64,000 nt of DNA from contig PWZT01000088.1 in NCBI GenBank assembly GCA_003567315.1, positions 25,610-89,609 of the forward strand. The letters run 5' to 3'. Positions 1-9,436 of the stretch are shown one piece after another. Source of the stretch: Paracoccaceae bacterium. Lineage in GTDB: Bacteria > Pseudomonadota > Alphaproteobacteria > Rhodobacterales > Rhodobacteraceae. Below the pieces are notes generated by a model. The model made no database searches, was not told the DNA's origin, and worked only from the letters and a program-made list of their open reading frames with translations. Each line of letters starts with the position of its first letter. Position 1 is the stretch's first letter. The position numbers were made by a program, and so were the translations under genes.

Positions 1-757
1 CGGAAGTCGTGACTCCGACAGAGTGCTCGAATTGCGCGGACAAGGATTTGTCGCGCGTCACCGCTGTCCAGTCATCTGCAAGGATCTTGGTTTCGGGGCG
101 GCCCAGATTCACCATAGGCTCGATGGTGAAAAACATACCTTCTTCGAGCCGGGGGCCGTGACCCGGGCGGCCATAATGCAAAACGTTCGGGGGCGCGTGG
201 AAAACGCGGCCCAGCCCGTGACCGCAAAAATCGCGGACAACAGACATGCGTTGACTTTCGACATAGCTCTGGATGGCGTGGCCAATATCCCCGAAGGTAT
301 TGCCGGGACGCACTGCCTCGATACCCAGCATCAGGGCATCATATGTGACCTGTATCAACCTCTCTGCCTTGCGCGGCAACTCGCCCGCGACATACATCCG
401 CGATGTATCGCCGAACCAGCCATCCACAATGACCGTGACATCGATGTTCAGAATATCGCCGGGTTTGAGGGTCTTGGTGCTGGGGATCCCGTGGCAGACA
501 ACATGGTTGACGGAGATGCAACTCGCGTGTTGATAGCCCCGATAACCGATAGTCGCCGATTTGGCACCGGCAGCGTTGACTTTCTCCGTGATGATCCTGT
601 CGATCTCCTCGGTCGTCTGTCCGGGGAAGACATGCTCTGTGATCTCGTCAAGAATGCGCGCGGCGACCTGACCGGCCTTGTGCATGCCCGCGAAATCCGC
701 TGACTCATGCAAACGGATTCCCTCTTTTGTGATGCGACCGTGATGCTTCTCGTCCAA
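1..757 (-). CDS. map: Type I methionine aminopeptidase, 3' end runs off the window (absent from the ORF track)
   Basis: Manual minus-strand translation from TTG at 757 (GAGGAG RBS upstream): ...SCISVNHVVCHGIP...DILNIDVTV...FGDTSRM...FCGHGLG..FH...FTIEPMVN...SAQFEHSV; these are the MetAP metal-ligand motifs. Confidence 0.96.
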   Translation of the reverse strand, partial: MDEKHHGRITKEGIRLHESADFAGMHKAGQVAARILDEITEHVFPGQTTEEIDRIITEKVNAAGAKSATIGYRGYQHASCISVNHVVCHGIPSTKTLKPGDILNIDVTVIVDGWFGDTSRMYVAGELPRKAERLIQVTYDALMLGIEAVRPGNTFGDIGHAIQSYVESQRMSVVRDFCGHGLGRVFHAPPNVLHYGRPGHGPRLEEGMFFTIEPMVNLGRPETKILADDWTAVTRDKSLSAQFEHSVGVTTS

Positions 758-957
758 GTAGCGGGCTCCTCATTCGCGCGGGCTGATCGCAAAATAGTGT
801 GGTGCGGGATGAAAAACCACCCTTCGCAACAGGCTTTTTTGACAATAACTCCGACAGCAGCTCTTATGCATTGTATGCTTTTGCCACAGCGGTCTGTGAG
901 CTGTGGTGCTTGAGGTGCCCGAGGATATGGCGAGCTTGACGGCCCAGAGGATATGAA

Positions 958-3774
958 ATGAAGGACAATGCCGCCGCCACACCGCTGGAGGCGCTGATAG
1001 TGGCGCAACGGCTCCTGCATGGCTCCAACCCGGATCAGATTGATGCAGATATAGAGCGGGCGCTGGCTCTGATCGCGACTGCCAGTGAAGCAGACCGCGC
1101 CTGCATCTTCATGATAAAGGATACTGTATTTCTCGCTAACACGCACGAATGGACAGGACACGGCATCTCGCCAGTGCGTCCCGAAGCGAAAGATACTCAT
1201 TACGATGAGGGCGATGCCTTCTGGCAGGCATTCGAACGCGATGGCATCTACCGTCTGGCCGATACCAGAGCTCTGCCACCGGAGAGCGACCTGCGCGCCT
1301 TGCTGACGCGTCAAGGCATCAAATCGCTGATCGCCGCTCCAATCCGGTCGGACAGGCATCGGATCGCGGGTTTCGTGACTTTGGATTACTGCAAGATCCC
1401 GCGCAACTTCACGCGGGAGGAAGAAATTGTCTTGAATGGTCTCGCTACCAGTTTGGGCGCGGCTTTCGAACTTACGCGGCTGAGGCGCAAATCATATGGC
1501 CTGGAGAGCGCACTCGCGGATGCGAGGTCGACTGTTTCGGCGATGGTGACAACTGCGCCCGAATTGCTTGTGGAATTCGATTCAGAGGGGCGGATCGTGG
1601 GCTTTCATCAGAGCCAGCCGATGATAATTGCGCTAGCGCCGGATGAGGTGATGGGTCAGGCTCTCGAAGCAGTTCTGCCGCCGCATGCTGCCCGCATATG
1701 CCGCCACGCCATGGCCCAGGTAGATGAAAGAGGCTTGTCCGACAGTTTCGGCTACAGTTTGCAAATTGGCGACGAACGAAAGCGCTATCGCGGCCATGCC
1801 ACGGCCAGGCGTTACGACGCAAGACTGTCGCAGCGCGGCTATTTGCTCGTAGTCCGCGATGTCACCGAGAGCAACAAGCTGGACAAACAGGTCCGCCAGC
1901 TCGGACGCCTTGCGGAATTGTCAAGCAATATCATTATGCTCATGGATTCCGAGTGCAGGGTCACATGGATAAATCCGGCCTGCGCCGAACGCACGGGTAA
2001 AAGTGCAAAGGCAGCAATCGGGCAAAATCCGCTTGATGTGCTTGGGCTGAGTGACTCTGCGCCTGACATCGCACAACAGATTTCAGCCGCACTCGAGAGC
2101 GGCGATGTCGTTGACCGGGAGGTGCGTGTCGTTGGGGATAATGGTCTGCCTTACTGGCTCAAATTGAAAATGCAGCCCCTGCGGGACGCTGATGGTCAGA
2201 TCGAGAGCTATACGGCGCTGGGGAATGATATTACCGTTCAGAAACTTGCGACAGCGCGCGCGCTGCGCGAAAAATCGAAACTGCTCGATGCGTCGACCGA
2301 CGGGATCGCGATTGGTGACACGGCTGGTCGTCTGCGATATCTCAACCCGACGCTGCGCAGCCTGTTGAACGTACCCCACGACATGCAGGCAGAGGATTTG
2401 CGCTGGAGCGAGCTTTGTGGAGATGGCTGTAAGGCGCAAATGGAAGCGGTCGCAGAAGAACTGGAGGTCAAAGGAAGCTGGCGAGGCGAAATCCCTTTTC
2501 CTGATGCCAAGGCACCGAAACAGTATTTTGATCTGTCGATCACGCTGCAGGACGATGGGAGTGTCCTGACGCTGGTTCGGGATATTACAGAGCGAAAAGC
2601 ATCCGAGAAGGAGCATGCGCTGCTACGCGAACAGCTCCAGATCGCACAAAGCCGGAAGCTGGTTGCGCAACTTGCAAGTGCTGTGGCGCATGATCTCGTC
2701 AATTTACTGTCGGTCATCGGGATGACGGCAGAATCAATCAAGATAGGCACTGAACCTGCGACCCGTTTGGGTTTGCAAACCATAGAGGAGGCCACGCAGG
2801 ATGCGCTCACGCTTGTGAGTGCGATGAACAAGCTCGGGCTACGCAGATCGCAGCGTGTGTCGCTGGAGCTTTGTCATCTTATCGGGCAGGCCACTGACCT
2901 TCTGAAGCCCAGCCTGGACGCTCAGATACAGTTGTCACTTGATCTGCCGGGTCAGCCTGTAGAAGTGACAGGCGACAGAACCGAATTGATGCAGGTTCTT
3001 ATAAATCTTCTGGTCAATGCGCGTGATGCTATCGGTCCCGGACAAGCGCATGCCGGAGAAATCGGTTTGCGCCTGTACGCGCCCCAGCCGTCTCCGCAAG
3101 GGGGGCAGCCGGATATCGGAGAGTTTCGCGCTGATTGCGCCTATGTCTGTATCGAAATCCGTGACAACGGCGCTGGCATGGAACAATCCGTGAAAGACAG
3201 GATCTTCGAGCCCCATTTCACCACGAAAGGCGAGGAAGGCAGTGGTCTCGGCTTGAGCATCGTTGCAGATATTATCCGTGCGAACGCCGCTGCCTTGAGC
3301 TTCACGGCCGAAGCTGGGACTGGATCATGCGTGCGGATTTACTGGCCCGTCCCCGACTCTTCAGAACAAATTCGTGCGGGGCCTCTCCATGGGCTTCGGG
3401 TTCTGCTGCTCGAAGAAGAGCGCGCTTGCATGTCTGAACTGATGCAAGCTCTTTCAGACTCGGGTGCAGCGGTTACATGTTGCTGCGCAATTGAGGATGC
3501 CGTCGCCGCAGTCCGTGCAGAAGCCGATGAATGGGATGTGTTCGTGGCCGAGGCGATGAGGGATAGCTTTGAGGCGCTTCAGCCGTGTGAGCATCTGCAG
3601 GAAATTCAGGCGAGGTTGCCAATTTGCATGATGCCTGATGAAGATAATTTGAAAAACATTAAGAAAACTGTTCACCCTAGTCTGCCAAAGGGTGTTACAG
3701 TCATCTCTGATCGGGCGCAGCTGCTCGACCACCTCAAAAGCATTCATCGTCACCGCCCAAGTGCGAAAGACTGA
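958..3774 (+). CDS. Hybrid sensor histidine kinase: GAF, about 3 PAS domains, HisKA, HATPase, degenerate receiver
   Basis: H-box AVAHDLVNLL, N-box LINLLVNARDA, G1 IRDNGAGM, F IFEPHFTTK, G2 GSGLGL; PAS-like repeats; GAGG 7 nt before the ATG. Confidence 0.9.
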   Translation: MKDNAAATPLEALIVAQRLLHGSNPDQIDADIERALALIATASEADRACIFMIKDTVFLANTHEWTGHGISPVRPEAKDTHYDEGDAFWQAFERDGIYRLADTRALPPESDLRALLTRQGIKSLIAAPIRSDRHRIAGFVTLDYCKIPRNFTREEEIVLNGLATSLGAAFELTRLRRKSYGLESALADARSTVSAMVTTAPELLVEFDSEGRIVGFHQSQPMIIALAPDEVMGQALEAVLPPHAARICRHAMAQVDERGLSDSFGYSLQIGDERKRYRGHATARRYDARLSQRGYLLVVRDVTESNKLDKQVRQLGRLAELSSNIIMLMDSECRVTWINPACAERTGKSAKAAIGQNPLDVLGLSDSAPDIAQQISAALESGDVVDREVRVVGDNGLPYWLKLKMQPLRDADGQIESYTALGNDITVQKLATARALREKSKLLDASTDGIAIGDTAGRLRYLNPTLRSLLNVPHDMQAEDLRWSELCGDGCKAQMEAVAEELEVKGSWRGEIPFPDAKAPKQYFDLSITLQDDGSVLTLVRDITERKASEKEHALLREQLQIAQSRKLVAQLASAVAHDLVNLLSVIGMTAESIKIGTEPATRLGLQTIEEATQDALTLVSAMNKLGLRRSQRVSLELCHLIGQATDLLKPSLDAQIQLSLDLPGQPVEVTGDRTELMQVLINLLVNARDAIGPGQAHAGEIGLRLYAPQPSPQGGQPDIGEFRADCAYVCIEIRDNGAGMEQSVKDRIFEPHFTTKGEEGSGLGLSIVADIIRANAAALSFTAEAGTGSCVRIYWPVPDSSEQIRAGPLHGLRVLLLEEERACMSELMQALSDSGAAVTCCCAIEDAVAAVRAEADEWDVFVAEAMRDSFEALQPCEHLQEIQARLPICMMPDEDNLKNIKKTVHPSLPKGVTVISDRAQLLDHLKSIHRHRPSAKD

Positions 3775-3782
3775 CCACTATT

Positions 3783-4421
3783 ATGCGCCTCCTCATTGCA
3801 GATGATCACGAATTGCTGCGCGATACGCTGAGCACGTATCTGGGTCAGCAGCCGGATATCGTTATCGTCACGGCAGCTGATATCTGCGAGGCGATCGTCA
3901 TCCTCGAGCAATCCGAGCGGTTTGATCTGGTGCTTCTGGATTACGACATGCCTGGCATGCAGGGATTGCAAGGGCTGCGAAAGATTCTTGCAATGGTGGA
4001 TGCACCGCCTGTTGCGTTGATTTCCGGTATCGCAAAGCGCGACGTTATCGCGGAGGCCTTCGAGCATGGTGCGCAAGGTTTTTTGCACAAATCCATGCGC
4101 GCCGTGTCCCTTCTGCACGCAATTCGCTTCATGGTTCTGGGCGAACGTTTTGTTCCCGTTGAGTTTCTGGAGATCGAGCCACGGACTCAAGCTCGTACGA
4201 TAGCAGCGCATCACCAGATAGAGAGTGCCGCAAATCTGACCGACAGGGAGGAGGCTGTGCTGCGCGCGCTGTCCGTTGGCAAGACAAACAAGGAGATAGC
4301 TCGCGACCTCGGATTGAGCGAAGCGACGATAAAGCTGCATGTCAAGACGTTGTATCGAAGATTGGGTGTGAGTAATCGTACGCAAGCGGCGATAGCTGCG
4401 CAAAACGCTGGTCTTGTCTGA
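3783..4421 (+). CDS. NarL/FixJ-family (LuxR HTH) response regulator
   Basis: LLIADDH...DLVLLDYDMPG receiver; LTDREEAVL...GKTNKEIARDLGLSEATIKLHV LuxR HTH; 8 nt after the kinase. Confidence 0.93.
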   Translation: MRLLIADDHELLRDTLSTYLGQQPDIVIVTAADICEAIVILEQSERFDLVLLDYDMPGMQGLQGLRKILAMVDAPPVALISGIAKRDVIAEAFEHGAQGFLHKSMRAVSLLHAIRFMVLGERFVPVEFLEIEPRTQARTIAAHHQIESAANLTDREEAVLRALSVGKTNKEIARDLGLSEATIKLHVKTLYRRLGVSNRTQAAIAAQNAGLV

Positions 4422-4589
4422 CTGCGCATTTCTCCTGCATCTCGGCTCTGTCTGGATCCGCATCTCCGGGTGGGCGCCAAACATCGAATTCTCTGGTCTA
4501 TGGGTCAGGCCCAGTTGGACTGGTTTTTGAACGCCTTGTCTGTTATCGTTCGACAAAAGCTGCACAAAAGCAGTCGTGACGAGGCAGGC

Positions 4590-5621
4590 ATGAGCAGACA
4601 AACCACCCCCGGCGGGGTGTTCGCGATTGAGTTAGAGCGAACCGAAATTGATGAGGTGCAGGGGCTGGAACTGCGATGGCTGCGCGTCGGTGCGAGCTTT
4701 CGATGGTACGGCGCGCCTGTCAGGCTGGACGGGCCGCCCTCAGTTTTACCTCTCTGCGCGACGCAAGAGCACAACCAACTTCAAACCCGCGCGCGCGCTG
4801 TCGCTGAAAGGTTATCCGGTGTCATGCCAACGGTGGTACCGCGGGCGGGGGCGCAGATGTTACCATCTCAGGGGCTGGTAATGACGGATGGATCGCGGGT
4901 TTTTACCGCTCGCATTGTAGAGCATGGCTCATCGCATCTGTTCGTGTTCGAACATGGCTTGCCGGAGCAGGGCAGGCCATGCTGGATTATTGAATGCAAT
5001 GTTTCGGTCCCCGGACCGGAGCCGAGGGCGCAAGATGTAATCTGTTTTTCGTCGGATACGCTTCTTGCGACCCCACAGGGCGATCGCCCGATCGGAGAGC
5101 TGGCCGCGGGCGACAGGATCGTCACCCGAGACAATGGTCCCAAGAAAATCCTTTGGAAGGGTCAGACGGCACTATCAGGCACGGCGCTGCGGCAGCATCC
5201 TCACCTGCGACCTGTGAGAGTACGCCAATCGGCATTCTTGGAGGATCTTCCGACAGAGGATTTATGTGTATCCCCCGCGCACAGGATCCTGCTTACGGGC
5301 CCGCGCGCGCAGGCTCTTTTCGGCTGCGACGAGGTGCTCGTTCGGGCGCGTGACCTGATCGATTTCCAGACAGTTACTGTCGATCTCGCGTTGCATGGTG
5401 TGACATACATCCACCTGTTGCTGGACTCGCATCAGATCATCTTTGCGAATGGCGTGCCCACCGAGAGCTTTCATCCGGCGCTTGCTCCGGCCTCGGCGCT
5501 GCGCCGTCACGCCCACGAGTTACGGCGGATCGCGCCCGAATGGGTCGCAGAGCCTGACCGATACGGCCCGACTGCGAGGCGCTGTCTCGCGGCCGGAGAG
5601 GCAGCTCTTCTCGCCGCCTGA
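4590..5621 (+). CDS. Hint (Hedgehog/intein-like, Hint_2) domain protein
   Basis: VICFSSDTLLATPQG...GDRIVTRDNG, SPAHRILL, YIHLLLDSHQIIFANGVPTESFHP; start moved to ATG 4590. Confidence 0.88.
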   Translation: MSRQTTPGGVFAIELERTEIDEVQGLELRWLRVGASFRWYGAPVRLDGPPSVLPLCATQEHNQLQTRARAVAERLSGVMPTVVPRAGAQMLPSQGLVMTDGSRVFTARIVEHGSSHLFVFEHGLPEQGRPCWIIECNVSVPGPEPRAQDVICFSSDTLLATPQGDRPIGELAAGDRIVTRDNGPKKILWKGQTALSGTALRQHPHLRPVRVRQSAFLEDLPTEDLCVSPAHRILLTGPRAQALFGCDEVLVRARDLIDFQTVTVDLALHGVTYIHLLLDSHQIIFANGVPTESFHPALAPASALRRHAHELRRIAPEWVAEPDRYGPTARRCLAAGEAALLAA

Positions 5622-5639
5622 GGCGCCGACAGCCGGATG

Positions 5640-5667
5640 TTGACACTGGCCTTGCGGCCTGTATAAG
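5640..5667 (+). promoter_or_regulatory. Sigma70-type promoter of rpsD
   Basis: TTGACA (5640-5645), 16-nt spacer, TATAAG (5662-5667). Confidence 0.75.
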
Positions 5668-5807
5668 CCGCGCAGCCGGGACACATCTGTCTGCGGTTTC
5701 ATTGGTGTTGGGGGCCCTCGCAAGAGGAAGCCTGTCGCCCGGTAGCCCCGGGAGAGGACAACGCCCTTCCATTTGCCCGCAACGGGCCTGACCGAAGGAG
5801 ATCAGCC

Positions 5808-6428
5808 GTGACCAAACGCACGTCTGCCAAATACAAGATCGACCGCCGCATGGGCGAAAACATCTGGGGCCGCCCCAAGAGCCCTGTCAACAAGCGCGAA
5901 TATGGCCCGGGCCAGCATGGCCAGCGCCGCAAGGGCAAGATGTCGGATTTCGGCACGCAGCTTCGCGCCAAGCAGAAGCTCAAGGGCTATTATGGTGATC
6001 TGACCGAGAAGCAGTTTCGCCGCATCTATGCCGAAGCCGAGCGCGTGAAGGGTGATACTGGTGAAAACCTTATCGGGCTTCTTGAGCGTCGGCTCGATGC
6101 GATCGTCTATCGCGCGAAATTCGTGCCGACGGTCTTCGCAGCCCGCCAATTCGTGAACCACGGCCATGTGACTGTGAATGGAACCCGCGTGAATATTCCG
6201 AGCTACCGTGTGCGCGAAGGTGATGTGATTGCCATCCGTGACAAATCCAAGCAGCTTGCCGTTGTGCTGGAAGCGGTTGGCCTGGCCGAGCGTGATGTTC
6301 CGGATTACCTCGACGTTGATCACTCCAAGATGACCGCGACCTTCCTGCGCCCCCCGTCGCTGGGCGATGTGCCTTTTCCGGTACAAATGGAGCCCAACCT
6401 CGTTGTCGAGTTCTACGCAAAGAACTGA
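5808..6428 (+). CDS. rpsD: 30S ribosomal protein S4
   Basis: [14 protein letters not shown]...KQKLKGYYG...[11 protein letters not shown]...[22 protein letters not shown] start. Confidence 0.98.
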   Translation: MTKRTSAKYKIDRRMGENIWGRPKSPVNKREYGPGQHGQRRKGKMSDFGTQLRAKQKLKGYYGDLTEKQFRRIYAEAERVKGDTGENLIGLLERRLDAIVYRAKFVPTVFAARQFVNHGHVTVNGTRVNIPSYRVREGDVIAIRDKSKQLAVVLEAVGLAERDVPDYLDVDHSKMTATFLRPPSLGDVPFPVQMEPNLVVEFYAKN

Positions 6429-6452
6429 TCTTTGTGAGAAAGCTCACTACCG

Positions 6453-6480
6453 AAGCCCTGCCCATATGGTGGGGCTTTCT
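6453..6480 (+). terminator. Probable intrinsic terminator after rpsD
   Basis: AAGCCCTGCC-catat-GGTGGGGCTT, 10-bp stem with two G-U pairs, followed by a T-rich run. Confidence 0.55.
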
Positions 6481-6543
6481 GGTATTTCTTGGCGGAAAAG
6501 CCGAACTTTTCGGGCTGTGGATGCCACAGCGATCTTGGGTCAG

Positions 6544-7539
6544 ATGTCTGAATTGCAATCCCACAGACTTTCCGTTGCGCCGATGATGGATTGGACCGAC
6601 AGGCATTGTCGGGTGTTACATCGTCAACTCAGTGCGCATGCGCAGCTTTATACTGAGATGGTCACAGCCCCAGCGCTTGTGCGTGGTGGGGCGCTTCATC
6701 TTCTGGAGCATGATCCCGTCGAGCATCCTGTTGTGCTACAATTGGGAGGGTCCGATCCCTCTGAATTGGCACTGGCCGCGCGTATGGGCTGGGAGGCTGG
6801 TTATCGCGAGATCAATCTGAATTGCGGCTGCCCGTCGGATCGCGTGCAATCCGGTTGCTTCGGTGCAGTCTTGATGACCCAGCCGGAGCTTGTGCGCGAT
6901 ATCTGCACTTCGATGTGCGACGCGAGCCCGGCGAAGGTCACGGTAAAATGCCGTATCGGTGTAGATGATCAGAACCCGGATGAGGCCTTGCCCGCGTTTT
7001 TGGAAGTTCTGTCAGAGGCGGGAATAAATCATGTAATCATACATGCGCGCAAAGCCTGGTTGCAGGGGCTTTCGCCGAAGGAAAATCGCGAGATACCGCC
7101 TCTGGAACATGATCTCGTTGTGGCCATGAAAGCGGCGTTCCCGCATCTGCGCATCAGCCTCAATGGCGGGATCACCAGCCTTTCGCAAGCGCTTGCGTTT
7201 CTGGAGCGCGGGGTCGATGGCGTCATGATCGGCCGCGCGGCTTACCAGAGGCCGGGCGATATTCTTGGCCATGCCGATCGCGAGATTTTCGGCGCGGCGG
7301 AGGAGACTTGCGCCTTTGTCGCCCTCGACAAGATGCGCCCCTATATTTCGCGCGAACTGGCGAACGGTGTCCGGCTTGCTGCGATAACGCGCCATATGCT
7401 GGGGCTTTTTGCAGGCCGCCCCGGTGCGCGGCAGTGGCGTCGGATATTGTCTGAGAGGGCGCATGCTGCCGGCGCGGGCCTTGAAGTTCTCGATATGGCG
7501 GAAGAAGCGGTGCGCGACGCGGCCACGGAAGCAGCCTGA
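6544..7539 (+). CDS. dusA: tRNA-dihydrouridine(20/20a) synthase
   Basis: SVAPMMDWTDRHCR, LQLGGSDP, NLNCGCPSDRVQSGCFGA, HARKAWLQGLSPKENR, MIGRAAY. Confidence 0.95.
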   Translation: MSELQSHRLSVAPMMDWTDRHCRVLHRQLSAHAQLYTEMVTAPALVRGGALHLLEHDPVEHPVVLQLGGSDPSELALAARMGWEAGYREINLNCGCPSDRVQSGCFGAVLMTQPELVRDICTSMCDASPAKVTVKCRIGVDDQNPDEALPAFLEVLSEAGINHVIIHARKAWLQGLSPKENREIPPLEHDLVVAMKAAFPHLRISLNGGITSLSQALAFLERGVDGVMIGRAAYQRPGDILGHADREIFGAAEETCAFVALDKMRPYISRELANGVRLAAITRHMLGLFAGRPGARQWRRILSERAHAAGAGLEVLDMAEEAVRDAATEAA

Positions 7540-7642
7540 AGAACATCGGGCGCAAGAATAAACTATAAACGATAAAGTAATTTTGCTAAAAACCGCGTGT
7601 AGTCCATCTGCGTTCAGCCTGCTCGCAAGAAAGCTCTCTCCC

Positions 7643-8377
7643 ATGGTGCGTCCAAACGCTGGCCTGCGGCCGATTTCCCAACCCCTTCACCGACAATTGC
7701 GCGACCTCATGATGGCTCGCGTCGAAGCGGGAGAGTGGTCGCCGGGCACATATCTGCCGCCTGAAACGCGTCTTGCCGAAGAGTACGGAGTCGCTGTCGG
7801 AACCTTGCGGAAAGCGCTGCTCGATATGGCCGCCGAAGGCGTTGTAGTGCGCCGGCAGGGGAAAGGCACTGTAGTTGCGACACACGATAGCGACGCGGTC
7901 CTGTTTCGGTTCTTCAACCTGCGTCGTGCTGACGGTTCAACCCTGCGGCCCGAAAGCCGGGTGCTGTCCCGCACGAAGCGCAGCGCCAGCGATCAGGAGC
8001 GCGCGGCGCTTGTGCTCGGTTCTGCGTCTGAGGTGATTTGCATCACGCGCATCCGTGATGGTGACGGAGCGCCTATCATCTTCGAACATATCGTACTGGA
8101 TGCAGCACGATTTGGCGCTTTGGAGCACACACCGGAGTCCTTGCCGAACACGCTCTATCAGCTTTACCAAACTGATTTCGCAGCGACAGTGCACCGCGCC
8201 CGCGAGCGAGTGACAGCGACACTGGCACGCGGGGCATGCGCCGAAGCTCTGGGCGTTTCCGAAGACACGCCGCTCTTGCATATTCGTCGCGAGGCGCTCG
8301 ACTATACCGGGAGTACCATCGAGCTACGCCAATCATGGGTGAATACGGCGGGGCTACATTATCAGGCTGAAGTCTGA
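7643..8377 (+). CDS. GntR family regulator, HutC/UTRA subfamily
   Basis: wHTH LPPETRLAEEYGVAVGTLRKAL...RRQGKGTVV plus a UTRA-like C-terminal half. Confidence 0.9.
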   Translation: MVRPNAGLRPISQPLHRQLRDLMMARVEAGEWSPGTYLPPETRLAEEYGVAVGTLRKALLDMAAEGVVVRRQGKGTVVATHDSDAVLFRFFNLRRADGSTLRPESRVLSRTKRSASDQERAALVLGSASEVICITRIRDGDGAPIIFEHIVLDAARFGALEHTPESLPNTLYQLYQTDFAATVHRARERVTATLARGACAEALGVSEDTPLLHIRREALDYTGSTIELRQSWVNTAGLHYQAEV

Positions 8378-8548
8378 AGGCAGGGGCGACCACGCGCCGC
8401 GGCCGACTTGCGTCTTTTTCGGGCGGAATAGAGGGCGCGATGGCGTCGCGCCTCACAAGCCTTGAGCCTTTGCTCGCTTGCCGTTACCAGTTGTCGCCAA
8501 GGTCTGATCGCTCAGACCCGGATCAGGCGCCCTTCTGAAAGAGTCACC

Positions 8549-9436
8549 ATGCCAACCATAACGAAAGCCGTTTTTCCTGTTGCCGGTCTTGGCACGCGCT
8601 TCCTGCCTGCCACCAAGGCGATGCCCAAGGAATTGCTCCCAATCATCGACAAACCCATCGTGCAATATGCAGTAGAGGAAGCCATAGCAGCAGGCATCAC
8701 GGAACTCATCTTCGTCACCGGGCGTAACAAGCGGGCGGTCGGCGATCATTTCGATGCCAATCTCGAACTGGAAAACCAGTTGCTCGCCAAGGGCAAGGAC
8801 GAGTTGCGTGATATGGTGCGCAATATCGTGCCCGAGGGCGTGTCCTGCATTTTCGTGCGTCAACCGGAGCCTCTGGGACTGGGACATGCCGTGCTTTGCG
8901 CGGCTCCGGCGGTCGGGCATAACCCTTTCGCTGTGCTTCTGGCCGACGACCTCATGCGGGGCGAGACCCTGCCGACACAGGCCCTCGTTAACGCGTTCGA
9001 GACCGCGCAGCAGGCGCTGCTCTCGGTCTCCGAAGTCCCGCGCGAGCATGTGTCAAAATACGGTATCCTGCGCCCGGGTTCGACAGGACAAGACGCGTTG
9101 ATCGGAGTTGCAGGTCTGGTCGAAAAACCCGATCCCGATGATGCGCCCTCTCATATGGCGTCATTCGGGCGCTATGTCTTCACTGCCGAGATTTTCGATA
9201 TACTTCGCGACCTCCCGCCCGGTGCGGGCGGAGAGATACAGCTTGCTGATGCGATCGACCATCTGGCAGGGCAGGGCAAGGTCTCGGCAATTCTGAACCC
9301 GGCGCGTCGCTACGATTGTGGAGACAAGTTCGGGTATCTGAACGCAATTGTGGATTTCGCAATGGAGGCACCCGAGTACCGGGACGACTTCATTGATCTT
9401 CTGCGCACGCGGCTTTCAGAGCACGATGCGAAGTGA
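8549..9436 (+). CDS. galU: UTP-glucose-1-phosphate uridylyltransferase
   Basis: KAVFPVAGLGTRFLPATKAMPKELLPIIDKP, EPLGLGHAV, VEKP, GEIQLADA, RYDCGDK. Confidence 0.95.
   Translation: MPTITKAVFPVAGLGTRFLPATKAMPKELLPIIDKPIVQYAVEEAIAAGITELIFVTGRNKRAVGDHFDANLELENQLLAKGKDELRDMVRNIVPEGVSCIFVRQPEPLGLGHAVLCAAPAVGHNPFAVLLADDLMRGETLPTQALVNAFETAQQALLSVSEVPREHVSKYGILRPGSTGQDALIGVAGLVEKPDPDDAPSHMASFGRYVFTAEIFDILRDLPPGAGGEIQLADAIDHLAGQGKVSAILNPARRYDCGDKFGYLNAIVDFAMEAPEYRDDFIDLLRTRLSEHDAK

Noticed and set aside
23-703. 226-aa plus-strand ORF in the track
   Set aside because: Codon-register antisense shadow of map; the minus frame gives clear MetAP motifs.
1900-2250. LOV photosensor in the kinase PAS domain
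   Set aside because: It has GQNPLDVL instead of the NCRFLQ motif, so the photoactive Cys is missing.
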